Shown: piece by piece, positions 29,446 through 38,961 of the stretch
Layout: each line of letters opens with the position of its first letter
How positions within the stretch are numbered: the stretch's first letter is position 1
Assembly: GCA_903879985.1 (NCBI GenBank)
Contig: CAIRNR010000007.1
Coordinates: forward strand, 280,079-344,078
DNA length: 64,000 bases
Direction: 5' to 3'
Source: an uncultured candidate division WWE3 bacterium
Lineage (GTDB): Bacteria; Patescibacteriota; WWE3; UBA101185; UBA10185
Notes under the pieces: model-generated
What the model was told of the DNA's origin: nothing
What the model saw: the letters and a program-made list of their open reading frames with translations, nothing else
Databases searched by the model: none
Program-made: the position numbers and the translations under genes

Positions 29446-29872
29446 TCGCGATACAACAAAAAGCTTACAGATGTTACAAAAAATAAAATATCTTACAACT
29501 ATAAATAACGATAAATTTTTAACTAGCTACTTCTTCCATAAACCTTCCAGTACCGTGTTACCTGTAGAAATTAAAAATAATAATTACTCTGCTGGGGTTA
29601 CACCAAATATTTACAACACAATTCAACGCATTTTTTCTCTTTTAAACATAAATGTTGCTGGAATAAAACTTTATTTATATCGAGACGGGCTATATTACAC
29701 ATACATAACTTTGCATGTTAACGAAAATGAGTACGATATTAATTCTAATTTTAGTGACGCCTTAAAAATCGGAAAATTATTTGATGCACCAATTTACGCA
29801 AGCGATCAAATATTAAACTATTGTGGAATCAAAATAACAAAAGAAATGATAGAGAAAAATTTAGTTAGTTAA
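29411..29872 (+). CDS. bifunctional nuclease (BFN/DUF151)-domain protein
   Basis: LPVEI...IFSLLNI...YTYITL...INSNFSDALKIGKLFDAPIYASDQIL matches the BFN pattern (...IDARPSDAIALAlr.gaPIyV.eeVl). Confidence 0.45.
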   Translation: MGKDIVTVLYRIRDTTKSLQMLQKIKYLTTINNDKFLTSYFFHKPSSTVLPVEIKNNNYSAGVTPNIYNTIQRIFSLLNINVAGIKLYLYRDGLYYTYITLHVNENEYDINSNFSDALKIGKLFDAPIYASDQILNYCGIKITKEMIEKNLVS

Positions 29873-30976
29873 GTATGTGGCAACATTTTGATTATGCTCT
29901 TCTAAAGTTTTGGCAAAATGAGTCTTACCTTCCGAATCAGTTAAGTAGTAAAAGTAAGGAGTTTGTACATAGTTAATAACAGCCCCAATAGAACTTAAAC
30001 CCGGATTTGAAATTGGAGTTGGAGGTAATCCAACGTTTTTTCTGGTGTTATAAGGACTGTCGATATTTAGATCTGCGGCACTTAAATCTGTAGACCACCA
30101 AACGGTGTTACTAATTTCCTGTGTAGTCGGAATACACACATTTGAATTGGCATATGAAGCATCTAAAATATTACAAATAGTTCTAGAAGCGGCAGCGTAC
30201 TGGGTAGTAGCATCAACATCAAGTTTCATACCCTCTCGCCAGCGCTTTATTAATATACCAGCAACTATAGCTTTATCTTCATTAGTACGAACTTCACGCT
30301 CAACTATAGACGCAAGTATCACAGCTTCACTTTTGGTTAATCCCGCACGTTTCAAATTAGCTTCAGTTAAAATATCTGCCGTTTTGGTATCAAATGTGGT
30401 TTTAAGTGCAGTTACAACATCTTCTTCTTGGGCGTCCTTACTAAAAAAATAAGTGTCGGGAAATAAATAACCTTCTTCTGGTTTAGCCAAAGCAAAGAAT
30501 TTTTCAGGATCAATATTACTAAAACCAGGTGTTAAAGCCTTTATATACTCCTCCGTACGCCAACCTTCTAAAAAAGTTACAGTTTGATCATTTTTACCGT
30601 GTTGGAATAACTTAATTAAGTTAACAAGATTTGTACCTGCTGATATTTTATATGTTCCCGCCTGAATAATACTTTCTGATCTATGCATATAAACATATAA
30701 ATCAAAAAGAAATTCCGAGTTAATTGCACCAATTGCATACAAATTTCTGGAAACTTCTATAGTGCCTTGTCCTTTTTTCACTTCAAAAGTTAATTCTTTA
30801 TCTGTTTGGTTAGGTCTGTTAATAGCAAATTGATAATATTTATACGAAAAAATTGGAATAATAACCAACAATAAGAGTCCAATTATAATTGATAGCTTCT
30901 TTTTACTTTCGGGTGACAAAACATGGTACTTATTTGGATCAAGCTGATCAGACATAATGACAGTATGATAACACAT
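29861..30976 (-). CDS. mltG: endolytic murein transglycosylase MltG (YceG family)
   Basis: N-terminal TM segment and C-terminal GLPPTPISNPGLSSIGAV (YceG signature LPPGPIxNPG). Confidence 0.75.
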   Translation of the reverse strand: MCYHTVIMSDQLDPNKYHVLSPESKKKLSIIIGLLLLVIIPIFSYKYYQFAINRPNQTDKELTFEVKKGQGTIEVSRNLYAIGAINSEFLFDLYVYMHRSESIIQAGTYKISAGTNLVNLIKLFQHGKNDQTVTFLEGWRTEEYIKALTPGFSNIDPEKFFALAKPEEGYLFPDTYFFSKDAQEEDVVTALKTTFDTKTADILTEANLKRAGLTKSEAVILASIVEREVRTNEDKAIVAGILIKRWREGMKLDVDATTQYAAASRTICNILDASYANSNVCIPTTQEISNTVWWSTDLSAADLNIDSPYNTRKNVGLPPTPISNPGLSSIGAVINYVQTPYFYYLTDSEGKTHFAKTLEEHNQNVATYLTN

Positions 30977-31019
30977 TTAGGACGGTGTTAGCGACATGGA
31001 CGTATGCAGACAAAGCTGA

Positions 31020-31380
31020 TAGAATAGCGGCATTACAGGAAGAAGGCTAATCGCCCACTAATAATGGGAGGAAAGTCCAGACTGCATCAGGTAGGGGGAC
31101 GGAGGGTAATCTCCGAAGCGAAATCTCTGGTGTCCCGTCATTGAAAAGTGGCGTGAACGGAGGGTGAATTAACATCTTCCGAGAGCAACAGAAACGGCCC
31201 TAGATCTAAAGCGCAAGCTACGATTTAGGCTGAAACGGGCAATCCCACCCCGCAGAAACCCACGACCGTACCGTTATCAGTTACCTGGCGAGGTACAAAG
31301 ATGGGGAAAAGATAGATGATTGGCAACCTTTGGAGTAATCCGAGGGCGAACAGAATCTGGCTTATTCTCTTCCTGTGAGT
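31020..31380 (+). ncRNA. rnpB: RNase P RNA (bacterial type)
   Basis: GGGAGGAAAGTCCAGAC (P4 5' strand, cf. AGGAAAGUCCGGGC) and ACAGAATCTGGCTTAT (P4 3' strand, cf. ACAGAAUCCGGCUUAU). P1 pairing of ACAGGAAGAAGG with TCTCTTCCTGT. GGGTGAA element present. Confidence 0.75.
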
Positions 31381-31386
31381 AAGTAA

Positions 31387-32391
31387 TTAACCAATGGTAG
31401 TAATAGACTCTTTTGTTGCTTTTTCCATTTCAGAAAATGCTTCCTCGTAAGTAGCGTTATCGTGCATTTTAAAATATGTGGCTAACCAATCCGCACGCAC
31501 CACCGATTGTTCTGCAGCATTTTTGGCAACTGGAAAGTCATCATAAATACCCGCGTCTATAGCGGCAATACTCGAAGTTTTTATACGTAATATTTTTTCT
31601 GAGGTACTTCCGGTTTTCTCAAGCTTTAACAGTTTTATAAAGCCACTATATTTAGCTAAAGTTGGATCTTCACCTTTTTTTACTTCAACCTGCAGCTCAG
31701 GAATTAATCCGTAATTCGAAAGAGTATCAGCTGCCCTTAATAACTTTCCATAGTCTTCAGTTGGCTCTGGCAATCCCCAATATCTTTCACCGGTAGGCGT
31801 TGTTCGTTCCACTAAATAAGGTAAAACATAGTCACCCCCTTTTTCGCGCGCATCTGCGAGACTTTCATATCTAAAAGCATTATCTATATAAGGAATTGCT
31901 GAATGAGTTTCTACAACTTTTGATATAAAAAGTGCTAAGTTGGGAGCGTTTGCAAGTTTTTGTTGCAAATCGGCGGGCACAAGTTCTCGTAAAGGTTTGT
32001 GACCACTTCCATAAATATCAAGGTTTTTTAAATATATTGGAATATTACCCGCCGCCTGAGCTGCATGCGTAAAAAGATTTTCAAAACTAGCTGGAGTTTT
32101 TTCAGGATCGTGAAGCATAATGCATAAATCAACTAACTCCTGTTCCTTTGCTGAATCAAATTTACCTGAACCATTTGCCAAAACATGGCCAATAGCTAAA
32201 ACCTGCCTGATGTGTCCTTCCTGAGCGCCGGCGGAAATACCATCAACCTCCATATCTTCAAACAAAGCGTTCTTAATTTTTAAGATATCTTCAGAAGTAA
32301 AATTATCTAAGTCCTGTAATGCTTTTTCGGAAGTAACTTCATCCTTTTGCCATTCAGCCGAGCCATAACCTTGAGTTGTTTCAATCGACAT
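31387..32391 (-). CDS. hypothetical protein, possible HD-domain
   Basis: HIRQVLAIGHVLA ... CIMLHDPEKT has H...HD spacing. The remaining ~200 aa are unassigned. Confidence 0.35.
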   Translation of the reverse strand: MSIETTQGYGSAEWQKDEVTSEKALQDLDNFTSEDILKIKNALFEDMEVDGISAGAQEGHIRQVLAIGHVLANGSGKFDSAKEQELVDLCIMLHDPEKTPASFENLFTHAAQAAGNIPIYLKNLDIYGSGHKPLRELVPADLQQKLANAPNLALFISKVVETHSAIPYIDNAFRYESLADAREKGGDYVLPYLVERTTPTGERYWGLPEPTEDYGKLLRAADTLSNYGLIPELQVEVKKGEDPTLAKYSGFIKLLKLEKTGSTSEKILRIKTSSIAAIDAGIYDDFPVAKNAAEQSVVRADWLATYFKMHDNATYEEAFSEMEKATKESITTIG

Positions 32392-32425
32392 ATAATCAGT
32401 CTACAAACTACGATATAATTTATCA

Positions 32426-33169
32426 ATGAAACTAACCAAACCTGCAATAATATTACTTATAATTTTGGGCATACTTGTGTATCTTGCGTTGTCATATCGA
32501 CACATTTACGATTTTATGGGATCTGCCGGTTTGAAAAGTCCCTATGCCGTTAATAATATATTTACAGTAGGAAATCCATCTTCGTTCGTACACAAAAAAT
32601 ATGTTGCTTTGGGAGACAGTTTAAGTGCAGGCGTGGGGAGTGATAGTGCTAAAACCACACTTGTTTATTTGTACGCTGTAAATCTTGGAGATAAAAATAC
32701 GGCTATAGATGTTGTTAATATTGCTTGGCCCGGAGATGAAACTATAGATGTACTAAACAACCAAGTACCTGAAACAATAAAAATGAAACCTGATTATGTG
32801 ACATTATTTATCGGTATAAACGATATTCACGAAAAACGTTCGACAGCAGAATTTAAGCAGAATTATCAAACTATTTTAAATGAGTTAATGTCAAAAACAG
32901 ACGCGCAAATCACCGTTATAAATTTACCCTACCTAGGTGCTAACAACTTAATTACATTCCCATTTAGCACAATTTTGGACTTTAGAACCAAACAATTTAA
33001 TGCTATTATTGCGTCCTTAGTGCAGAACAACAGTAGAATAAGGCTAATAGATTTGTATTCCAGTAGTAAAAAAAGTTTGAACACAGATAATGCAAATTAC
33101 GCAAAAGACTTATTTCATCCGTCTGCACAAGGTTATTTACTTTGGGCAAAGACGATAAATGAATATTAA
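32426..33169 (+). CDS. SGNH/GDSL hydrolase, membrane-anchored
   Basis: VALGDSLSAG is the GDSL block I. N-terminal TM segment. DLFHPS is a block V-like His. Confidence 0.7.
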   Translation: MKLTKPAIILLIILGILVYLALSYRHIYDFMGSAGLKSPYAVNNIFTVGNPSSFVHKKYVALGDSLSAGVGSDSAKTTLVYLYAVNLGDKNTAIDVVNIAWPGDETIDVLNNQVPETIKMKPDYVTLFIGINDIHEKRSTAEFKQNYQTILNELMSKTDAQITVINLPYLGANNLITFPFSTILDFRTKQFNAIIASLVQNNSRIRLIDLYSSSKKSLNTDNANYAKDLFHPSAQGYLLWAKTINEY

Positions 33170-34277
33170 TATTGCAAATCCAATAGATCAAACAACTATC
33201 TTTTCACTGATTCTTTTATCTTTAGTTATTGTTTCTGTTAAGGAAGATAAAAGTGGTCACGAAATGTTGCCAAGTCACGCAAATGAACTTAAGGGAATCG
33301 CCATACTTATGGTGTTGTTCTGCCATATCGGTTATTTTCTATTTAACGACCATAATTTTTTATTTCCACTTTCTATTGCGGGCGGTGTTGGCGTAGATGT
33401 CTTTTTAGTTCTTTCGGGATTTGGGCTTACAACATCAGCTTTAAAGAAAAAATTGGGTATTATTGATTTCTATAAAAAAAGACTTAGTACCTTATATATT
33501 CCCATGTGGCTGGTTATATCAGTATTTTTGCTTTTAGATTACGTGGTACTTCACATAAATTACCCACTAGCAACGGTTATCAAAGATTATTTTGGATTCT
33601 TTCCACACGCAGACCTTTATAGTGATCTAAATTCCCCACTCTGGTATTTTTCATTCATTATCTTTTATTACATGGTTTTCCCTTTGTTTTTTTATACAAA
33701 AAGACCATACCTCTCGGCCATAGCCATTTATGTAATAAGCATGCTAATACTGAATTTCAAACTACCTGTAAACCCCGACGTTCAGAAACTTTACGAACTT
33801 CACGCTATTGGATTTCCTTTAGGAATGTTATTTGCATACATATTAAAATCTAAGCTTTATGTAGCGTTAAAGATTAAACTTCAAAACATAAATATTAACC
33901 ACGGGAAATTAATGCGTTTTGCTAAATACGGAGCAATTGGTATGGCCTTTTATTTGTTCTGCCATGTAACACTTCATTCAGGAGTCGGAGATGGAATACA
34001 GCAGGAACGATTAACCAGCATAATTGCCGTGTTTTCACTAATAGTAATTTTCCTGTTAAAAAATATAAAATCAGATTTTCTTGTCCTAGTAGGAATTTAT
34101 TCATACGAAATATATTTACTTCAGTGGCCATTAATGTACAGATACGATTTTATTTATAAGTACCTACCTGCAGGAATTGGAACAGCTTTATATATACTGG
34201 CATTAATTATTCTAAGTGTGATATTACAAAAAGGAAGTAAAGCAATAATGTATAAGTTAAAGATTTTGTCCGCGTAA
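33159..34277 (+). CDS. acyltransferase-3 (AT3) family membrane O-acyltransferase
   Basis: LKGIAILMVLFCHIGYF N-terminal AT3 motif. ~10 TM segments. Confidence 0.65.
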   Translation: MNINIANPIDQTTIFSLILLSLVIVSVKEDKSGHEMLPSHANELKGIAILMVLFCHIGYFLFNDHNFLFPLSIAGGVGVDVFLVLSGFGLTTSALKKKLGIIDFYKKRLSTLYIPMWLVISVFLLLDYVVLHINYPLATVIKDYFGFFPHADLYSDLNSPLWYFSFIIFYYMVFPLFFYTKRPYLSAIAIYVISMLILNFKLPVNPDVQKLYELHAIGFPLGMLFAYILKSKLYVALKIKLQNININHGKLMRFAKYGAIGMAFYLFCHVTLHSGVGDGIQQERLTSIIAVFSLIVIFLLKNIKSDFLVLVGIYSYEIYLLQWPLMYRYDFIYKYLPAGIGTALYILALIILSVILQKGSKAIMYKLKILSA

Positions 34278-35255
34278 AACTTTTTGCAAAATAATAGCCA
34301 AAACCATAGTCATTGGAACAGAAACGATAGCCCCAAAGACACCAAAGAACTCACCACCAATTAACATCGCCAGCAAAATAATAACAGGACTAAAACCAGA
34401 AACCTTTTCCATAACCTTTGGAACCACTAAATTATTTTCTAATGTATGCACAATTACATACAAAGCTATTACACCAACAACTTTAATTGGTGCATCGGCA
34501 AAAGCGATTATACATGCAAGTGAACCCGAGATTACCGGACCAATAAACGGAACTATTTCTAAAATTCCAGCTATTAACGCCAAAGCCAGCGCATATTTAA
34601 CGTCTAGCAACAAAAGTCCGATAAAAATAAACATCGCGATTGTAATTACCAAAATCAGTTCACCCTTAACCCAGCTTCCAACTGTGGCTTCAACTTCGTT
34701 AATTGTTTCTTCTAAGTCATCAGCAGTTTTTTTGTGAAAAAGACCAATAAACTTTTCTTTTATGTTCAGCCAATCAAGAGATAAATAAATTGCAAATATA
34801 AATAAACTTAGTATCGAAGTGATGTTAGAAAAAAGCGAAACAGTAATTGTTAAAAACTTACTTGGTAACGCTGTGGCCTGGGGTATGAAGTCGGCTAAGG
34901 AAATGTTGGCGTTATAGTACAAGCTAAAATCATGTGCCATGACAGTTAAACTGGCAACCATAGTTTGAACTTCACTTACAACAGGAGGTATACCAACGAC
35001 AAAAACCAAGACTAAAACAAGAGTTAGCAATAAATACGCCAACAAAACTGCAAGACTTCTCGGCATAGCTAATGTCTTATTGAACACTGTTATACTGGAA
35101 AAAGATCTTACTAAAGGCTCAATAGATAAAACAATCAAAAAAGCTAAGGCCAAGATTCCAAAAATTGTACCCAAGCGATAAACCACATAAAAACCAACCA
35201 AAAGCAACAATGTCAAAAATATTGTCTTTAAACTAATAATAATGTGTCTATCCAT
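34257..35255 (-). CDS. AI-2E family (UPF0118/PerM-like) transporter
   Basis: 8-TM topology with a central loop, typical of AI-2E. Confidence 0.6.
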   Translation of the reverse strand: MDRHIIISLKTIFLTLLLLVGFYVVYRLGTIFGILALAFLIVLSIEPLVRSFSSITVFNKTLAMPRSLAVLLAYLLLTLVLVLVFVVGIPPVVSEVQTMVASLTVMAHDFSLYYNANISLADFIPQATALPSKFLTITVSLFSNITSILSLFIFAIYLSLDWLNIKEKFIGLFHKKTADDLEETINEVEATVGSWVKGELILVITIAMFIFIGLLLLDVKYALALALIAGILEIVPFIGPVISGSLACIIAFADAPIKVVGVIALYVIVHTLENNLVVPKVMEKVSGFSPVIILLAMLIGGEFFGVFGAIVSVPMTMVLAIILQKVLRGQNL

Positions 35256-36189
35256 TGATGAAATTATATATTAAATCAGAGAAATCGTCTGTAGAAATAT
35301 CAAACCAGTTTACATTTGGCATCTTTTTAAAATAAGTTTGTTGACGACGAATATACGCATGAATATCAAATTTAATGCGTTCTTTAGCCTGTTGTTCTGA
35401 AAGTTCTTTGTTTATAAAGGCAACGGCACTTTTATAAACTAATCCTGACATTTTTGGGGAATCCTTATAGCCCAGTTGTAGAAGGCTTTCGGTTTCTGAA
35501 ATTAAGCCAGTTTGCCAAATATTTTCCACCCAAAGATCGGCGCGAGCATAAAGTATTTCGCGGGATGCTGTTAAGCCAATAAATACAAATTCAACGTCAT
35601 TTAAATAAGGCAATTCGACTGTGTTTACTGATTTGTTAAGATTTTTTTCGAGCGCACGTAGTAATCGAACAGGGTTTTTCTGATCAATCTTGGTGTATTC
35701 CTGTGGATTAAGAGATTCAAGCTTTTTTTGTAATTCCTCAGTAGAAAGTGTTTCTAGAGTTGCTCTAAGTTCAAGATCAGGCATTACATTAGAAGGTTTT
35801 ACTCGACCAGTTAAGATGTCTATGTAAAACCCCGTTCCCCCAACAACAAACATAGTCTTGTTTTCAGGATTCCCGCGGGAAATCTTGGGTAACGCAAATT
35901 TTGCAAAATCGTAAGCCGAGAAAAAGGCGTCGGGCGTAACTAAGTCGTAACCCCACACGTTGATGCCATCTATGATCCATTTATCAACGTCACGCACAAT
36001 CTTTACGTTAGCATTTATAGGTAACTTGCCTGTACCTATGTCCATGGTTTTATATATTTGGCGTGAATCCGCGGATATTATTTCCCCATTCATTTTTTTA
36101 GCCAGCTTTAAAGCCAATGAAGTTTTTCCGGAGGATGTTGGACCTAAGATTACAAAAACTTTTTTCATTTTTTCTTTAAACCTTTCCAA
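35248..36189 (-). CDS. miaA: tRNA dimethylallyltransferase
   Basis: ILGPTSSGKTSLA P-loop and SADSRQIYK, matching MiaA N-terminal signatures. Confidence 0.85.
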   Translation of the reverse strand: MERFKEKMKKVFVILGPTSSGKTSLALKLAKKMNGEIISADSRQIYKTMDIGTGKLPINANVKIVRDVDKWIIDGINVWGYDLVTPDAFFSAYDFAKFALPKISRGNPENKTMFVVGGTGFYIDILTGRVKPSNVMPDLELRATLETLSTEELQKKLESLNPQEYTKIDQKNPVRLLRALEKNLNKSVNTVELPYLNDVEFVFIGLTASREILYARADLWVENIWQTGLISETESLLQLGYKDSPKMSGLVYKSAVAFINKELSEQQAKERIKFDIHAYIRRQQTYFKKMPNVNWFDISTDDFSDLIYNFING

Positions 36190-37361
36190 AACTTGGTGAG
36201 ATAAGCATGACGATACTTTTTCTCGTCACGGGAAACATCATCTGTAAAGAATTTCTCCGCGGGAGTTCCTTTTCTCGGAGAGTACATAGCAATGTACGCT
36301 ACTGCAAAATATACTTTTTTAAACAACTCAACTGTATCCATAAACTGCTCCCGAGTTTCTCCCGGGAAACCCACGATAATATCTGTACCTATTTCTAAAT
36401 CAGGTTTTACTTTCTTCAACTTTTCTACAATGGCAACAAAATCTTCAACCGTATGCCGACGATTCATCCTTTTAAGTACTTCGTTGTTGCCACTTTGAAT
36501 AGCAATATGAATATAGTTAGAAATTTTTGGCAAACTCACTGCATCTACTAAGTCTTGGGTAAAATCAAATGGATTTGAAGACAAAAAACTTATTTTTTCC
36601 AACTCTGGAATATCATGAATTTTACGAAGCAAATCTGCAAAAGGTAACTTTTGATCACTTCCCGATCGAATTTCAAATTTTTCGGTAGTACCAAGTCCCC
36701 ACGAATTTACGTTTTGACCACACAAAGTAATTTGTTTAACTCCTTGACCAATACGATGCTTAATTTCTTTTAGAATTTCTTCTTCACCGCGAGAAATCTC
36801 CTTACCTCGAGCGTAAGGAACAACGCAATATGTACAAAAGTTATCACAGCCATAAGAAATATTTACAAACGCGTGTAGCGGACTATCCAACTTTGCGTTT
36901 ACATTTTTAGGATCGAATTTAGCCAAGGCTGCTTCATTTAAAACGCCCTGCTTTTGTAAAATCACAGGAAGTTCAAATATTTGGTGAGGATTTATAAACA
37001 AATCTACCCATGGAGTTTTTTTGTGAAGTTTCTCAAATTCCCAACGCTGCCTTTCTCCTGTGACACTTCCAACCATACAACCGGCTAAAACCATAAAGGG
37101 CTTCTTTCCGGTTTCGTCCTTTACCATTTTTATAACTTTTCCCATGCCATAAACCTTATCCTCACTTTTTTGACGTACGGAACAAGTGTTAACAATAAAC
37201 AAATCGGCGTTATTTAAGATAAAAGAAAATTCTTCGGTTTCAGTGTCAAATTTTGGTAAAATAAGCTCTTCGTAACCAAGTGCTTCTAGAACACCGGAAA
37301 TAGAATTAGAGTCAGCAATGTTTGCCTGACATCCAAATGTTTTTATAGAATATTTCGCCAT
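36165..37361 (-). CDS. miaB: radical-SAM methylthiotransferase (MiaB/RimO family)
   Basis: KTFGCQANIADS MTTase N-domain and CDNFCTYCVVP radical-SAM CxxxCxxC. Adjacent to miaA. Confidence 0.75.
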   Translation of the reverse strand: MAKYSIKTFGCQANIADSNSISGVLEALGYEELILPKFDTETEEFSFILNNADLFIVNTCSVRQKSEDKVYGMGKVIKMVKDETGKKPFMVLAGCMVGSVTGERQRWEFEKLHKKTPWVDLFINPHQIFELPVILQKQGVLNEAALAKFDPKNVNAKLDSPLHAFVNISYGCDNFCTYCVVPYARGKEISRGEEEILKEIKHRIGQGVKQITLCGQNVNSWGLGTTEKFEIRSGSDQKLPFADLLRKIHDIPELEKISFLSSNPFDFTQDLVDAVSLPKISNYIHIAIQSGNNEVLKRMNRRHTVEDFVAIVEKLKKVKPDLEIGTDIIVGFPGETREQFMDTVELFKKVYFAVAYIAMYSPRKGTPAEKFFTDDVSRDEKKYRHAYLTKFWKGLKKK

Positions 37362-37422
37362 GGAGGGATTATATCAAGTGAATAGCCTCCGTCCCTAAAT
37401 ATTTAGACACGGAGGTGTGAGG

Positions 37423-37746
37423 TTAACCTTGCAGTTCTGAATCCGGAATACACTTTGGACACCACCCCCACGACACATCAAAAATTTGCGGATTCTTGCC
37501 AATTTGCACCTTTCCGCCGGGTGAGAACCAACCTTGTTCAGAAGAACACAGCCTGGGGCTTGGGATACTTACCTCGTCGCATTTAAGATTGTAACAGAGG
37601 CAAACTTGCATCTTTATCGGACGAACTCGCGTCATACCCAATCGTTTGGTGTACGCGACCTGCAGGTATAGCGGCCAGTCAGCAAAATCTGCAGGCATAG
37701 GTACAGCTGTTACCCTACGTTTAAGACTAACAGTCTTATCTGTCAT
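37423..37746 (-). CDS. Cys-rich hypothetical protein (putative zinc-binding), GC-rich
   Basis: CYNLKC ... CPKC pairs. The only long frame in a locally GC-rich segment. Confidence 0.3.
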   Translation of the reverse strand: MTDKTVSLKRRVTAVPMPADFADWPLYLQVAYTKRLGMTRVRPIKMQVCLCYNLKCDEVSIPSPRLCSSEQGWFSPGGKVQIGKNPQIFDVSWGWCPKCIPDSELQG

Positions 37747-37788
37747 TTTTTTCTCCCTTTCTGTTTTATTTGGATATATTTATCGAAT

Positions 37789-38136
37789 TTATCTAGCGCC
37801 TTCTCCGTTTTCAAGTGTTTCTGAAGGCTTTAAAAACACCGGTTTTGTACCGTCCTCTATACCTAGAGCAAATAACATACCTTGAGATTCCATTCCCATC
37901 ATTTTGCGTGGTTCGAGATTTACAACAAATGTCGTCTGTAAACCAACTAATTCCTCTGGTGTATACCATTTGGCGATACCTGATAAAATCTGTCTTTTAC
38001 CCATTTCTCCAAAGTCTACGTCGAGTTTTAACAGCTTTTCAGAGCCTTCAATTCGCTCTGCTACAATAATAGTGCCAACTCGGACATCAATTTTTGAAAA
38101 ATCATCATAATTAATGGTAGGTCTGGTTTCCCGCAT
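37789..38136 (-). CDS. csaA: tRNA-binding protein (CsaA/Trbp111-type OB fold)
   Basis: FSKIDVRVGTIIVAE ... KLLKLDVDFG ... RQILSGIAKWYTPEELVG ... VNLEPRKMMGMESQGML is the classical Myf/EMAP-II tRNA-binding domain. Confidence 0.8.
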   Translation of the reverse strand: MRETRPTINYDDFSKIDVRVGTIIVAERIEGSEKLLKLDVDFGEMGKRQILSGIAKWYTPEELVGLQTTFVVNLEPRKMMGMESQGMLFALGIEDGTKPVFLKPSETLENGEGAR

Positions 38137-38140
38137 AATG

Positions 38141-38168
38141 TTGACTATATAACAAATTTCCTATAATA
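38141..38168 (+). promoter_or_regulatory. sigma70-like promoter candidate upstream of rpmH (TTGACT-16-TATAAT)
   Basis: TTGACT at 38141-38146 and TATAAT at 38163-38168. A second extended -10 (TGATAGAAT, 38227-38235) lies nearer the start codon. Confidence 0.35.
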
Positions 38169-38246
38169 TCCACATGTTCACAGCTTTGTTTTAAGCTGTT
38201 TTATCGTAGCAAAGTATCAGCAGAGCTGATAGAATACATATACATT

Positions 38247-38399
38247 ATGCCTAAAAGAGTTTGGCAACCTAAAAAACTAAAAAGAGTAAGAAAACATGGA
38301 TATATGGAACGTAAAGCCAGTGTCGGCGGAAGAGCCGTGCTTAAAAGAAGACTTTTAAAAGGTCGAAAGAAGCTTGCTGTTAAGTACAACGGTAAGTAA
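38247..38399 (+). CDS. rpmH: 50S ribosomal protein L34
   Basis: Translates to [50 protein letters not shown] (cf. MKRTFQPS.LKR.R.HGFR.RM.T..GR.VL.RRR.KGR..L). Not in the supplied ORF track, probably below its length cutoff. Confidence 0.85.
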   Translation: MPKRVWQPKKLKRVRKHGYMERKASVGGRAVLKRRLLKGRKKLAVKYNGK

Positions 38400-38445
38400 T
38401 AACATTAGCATTCGTTGCGCCATGCGCACTAAGTGACCATAAAGC

Positions 38446-38793
38446 ATGCTTCCTAAACAAAACAGACTTTCCTCCAACTTTGAATTCAACATAACCAAAA
38501 AGTATGGTCAGTATGCTGAAGGCTACTTTTTCCACATTTACGTCTTAAAACCCAGAAATTATGAAGGACCTGCAAAAGTAGGTTTTGTCGTTTCAAATAA
38601 ATCCAGTAAAAAAGCCGTAGATAGAAACAGAATTAAAAGAGTATTTAGAGAAGTTATAGGTAAAAACTTTGATAAAATAGTCCCCGGATACTGGGTTGTA
38701 ATTTATCCAAAGGTATCTAGTTTAGAAAAAGGATATGAAGAAATTAACACTGACTTTAATAAAGTTATACAAAAAAACCTTTTCACCAATTAA
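38446..38793 (+). CDS. rnpA: RNase P protein component
   Basis: [11 protein letters not shown]...[25 protein letters not shown] is the RnpA signature (RNR.KR). Confidence 0.85.
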   Translation: MLPKQNRLSSNFEFNITKKYGQYAEGYFFHIYVLKPRNYEGPAKVGFVVSNKSSKKAVDRNRIKRVFREVIGKNFDKIVPGYWVVIYPKVSSLEKGYEEINTDFNKVIQKNLFTN

Positions 38794-38950
38794 CTTTGGA
38801 ATAAACACTTGTAGATTTACGCCCAGTTGTGCCGACTATACCAGCCAAGCTATTGAAAAGTATGGTGTTTTTAAAGGAAGCTTGCTAGGATTTGCTAGAA
38901 TATTAAGATGTAATCCATTTTCTAAAGGAGGATTTGACCCGGTAAGGTAA
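38735..38950 (+). CDS. yidD: membrane protein insertion efficiency factor YidD
   Basis: [19 protein letters not shown] ... [16 protein letters not shown] is the YidD motif. Confidence 0.7.
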   Translation: MKKLTLTLIKLYKKTFSPINFGINTCRFTPSCADYTSQAIEKYGVFKGSLLGFARILRCNPFSKGGFDPVR

Positions 38951-38961
38951 AATAGTAATCT

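Noticed and set aside
37423-37746. tmRNA, SRP RNA or 6S RNA in the GC-rich segment
   Set aside because: No tRNA-like 3' end (GGTTCGA...CCA), no ANDENYALAA-type tag frame, and no SRP domain IV motif (GGAAGCAGCC) found by eye. Kept only as a low-confidence CDS.
38201-38389. 62-aa minus-strand ORF in the ORF track
   Set aside because: It is antisense to the unmistakable rpmH (L34) coding sequence, so it is a shadow ORF.
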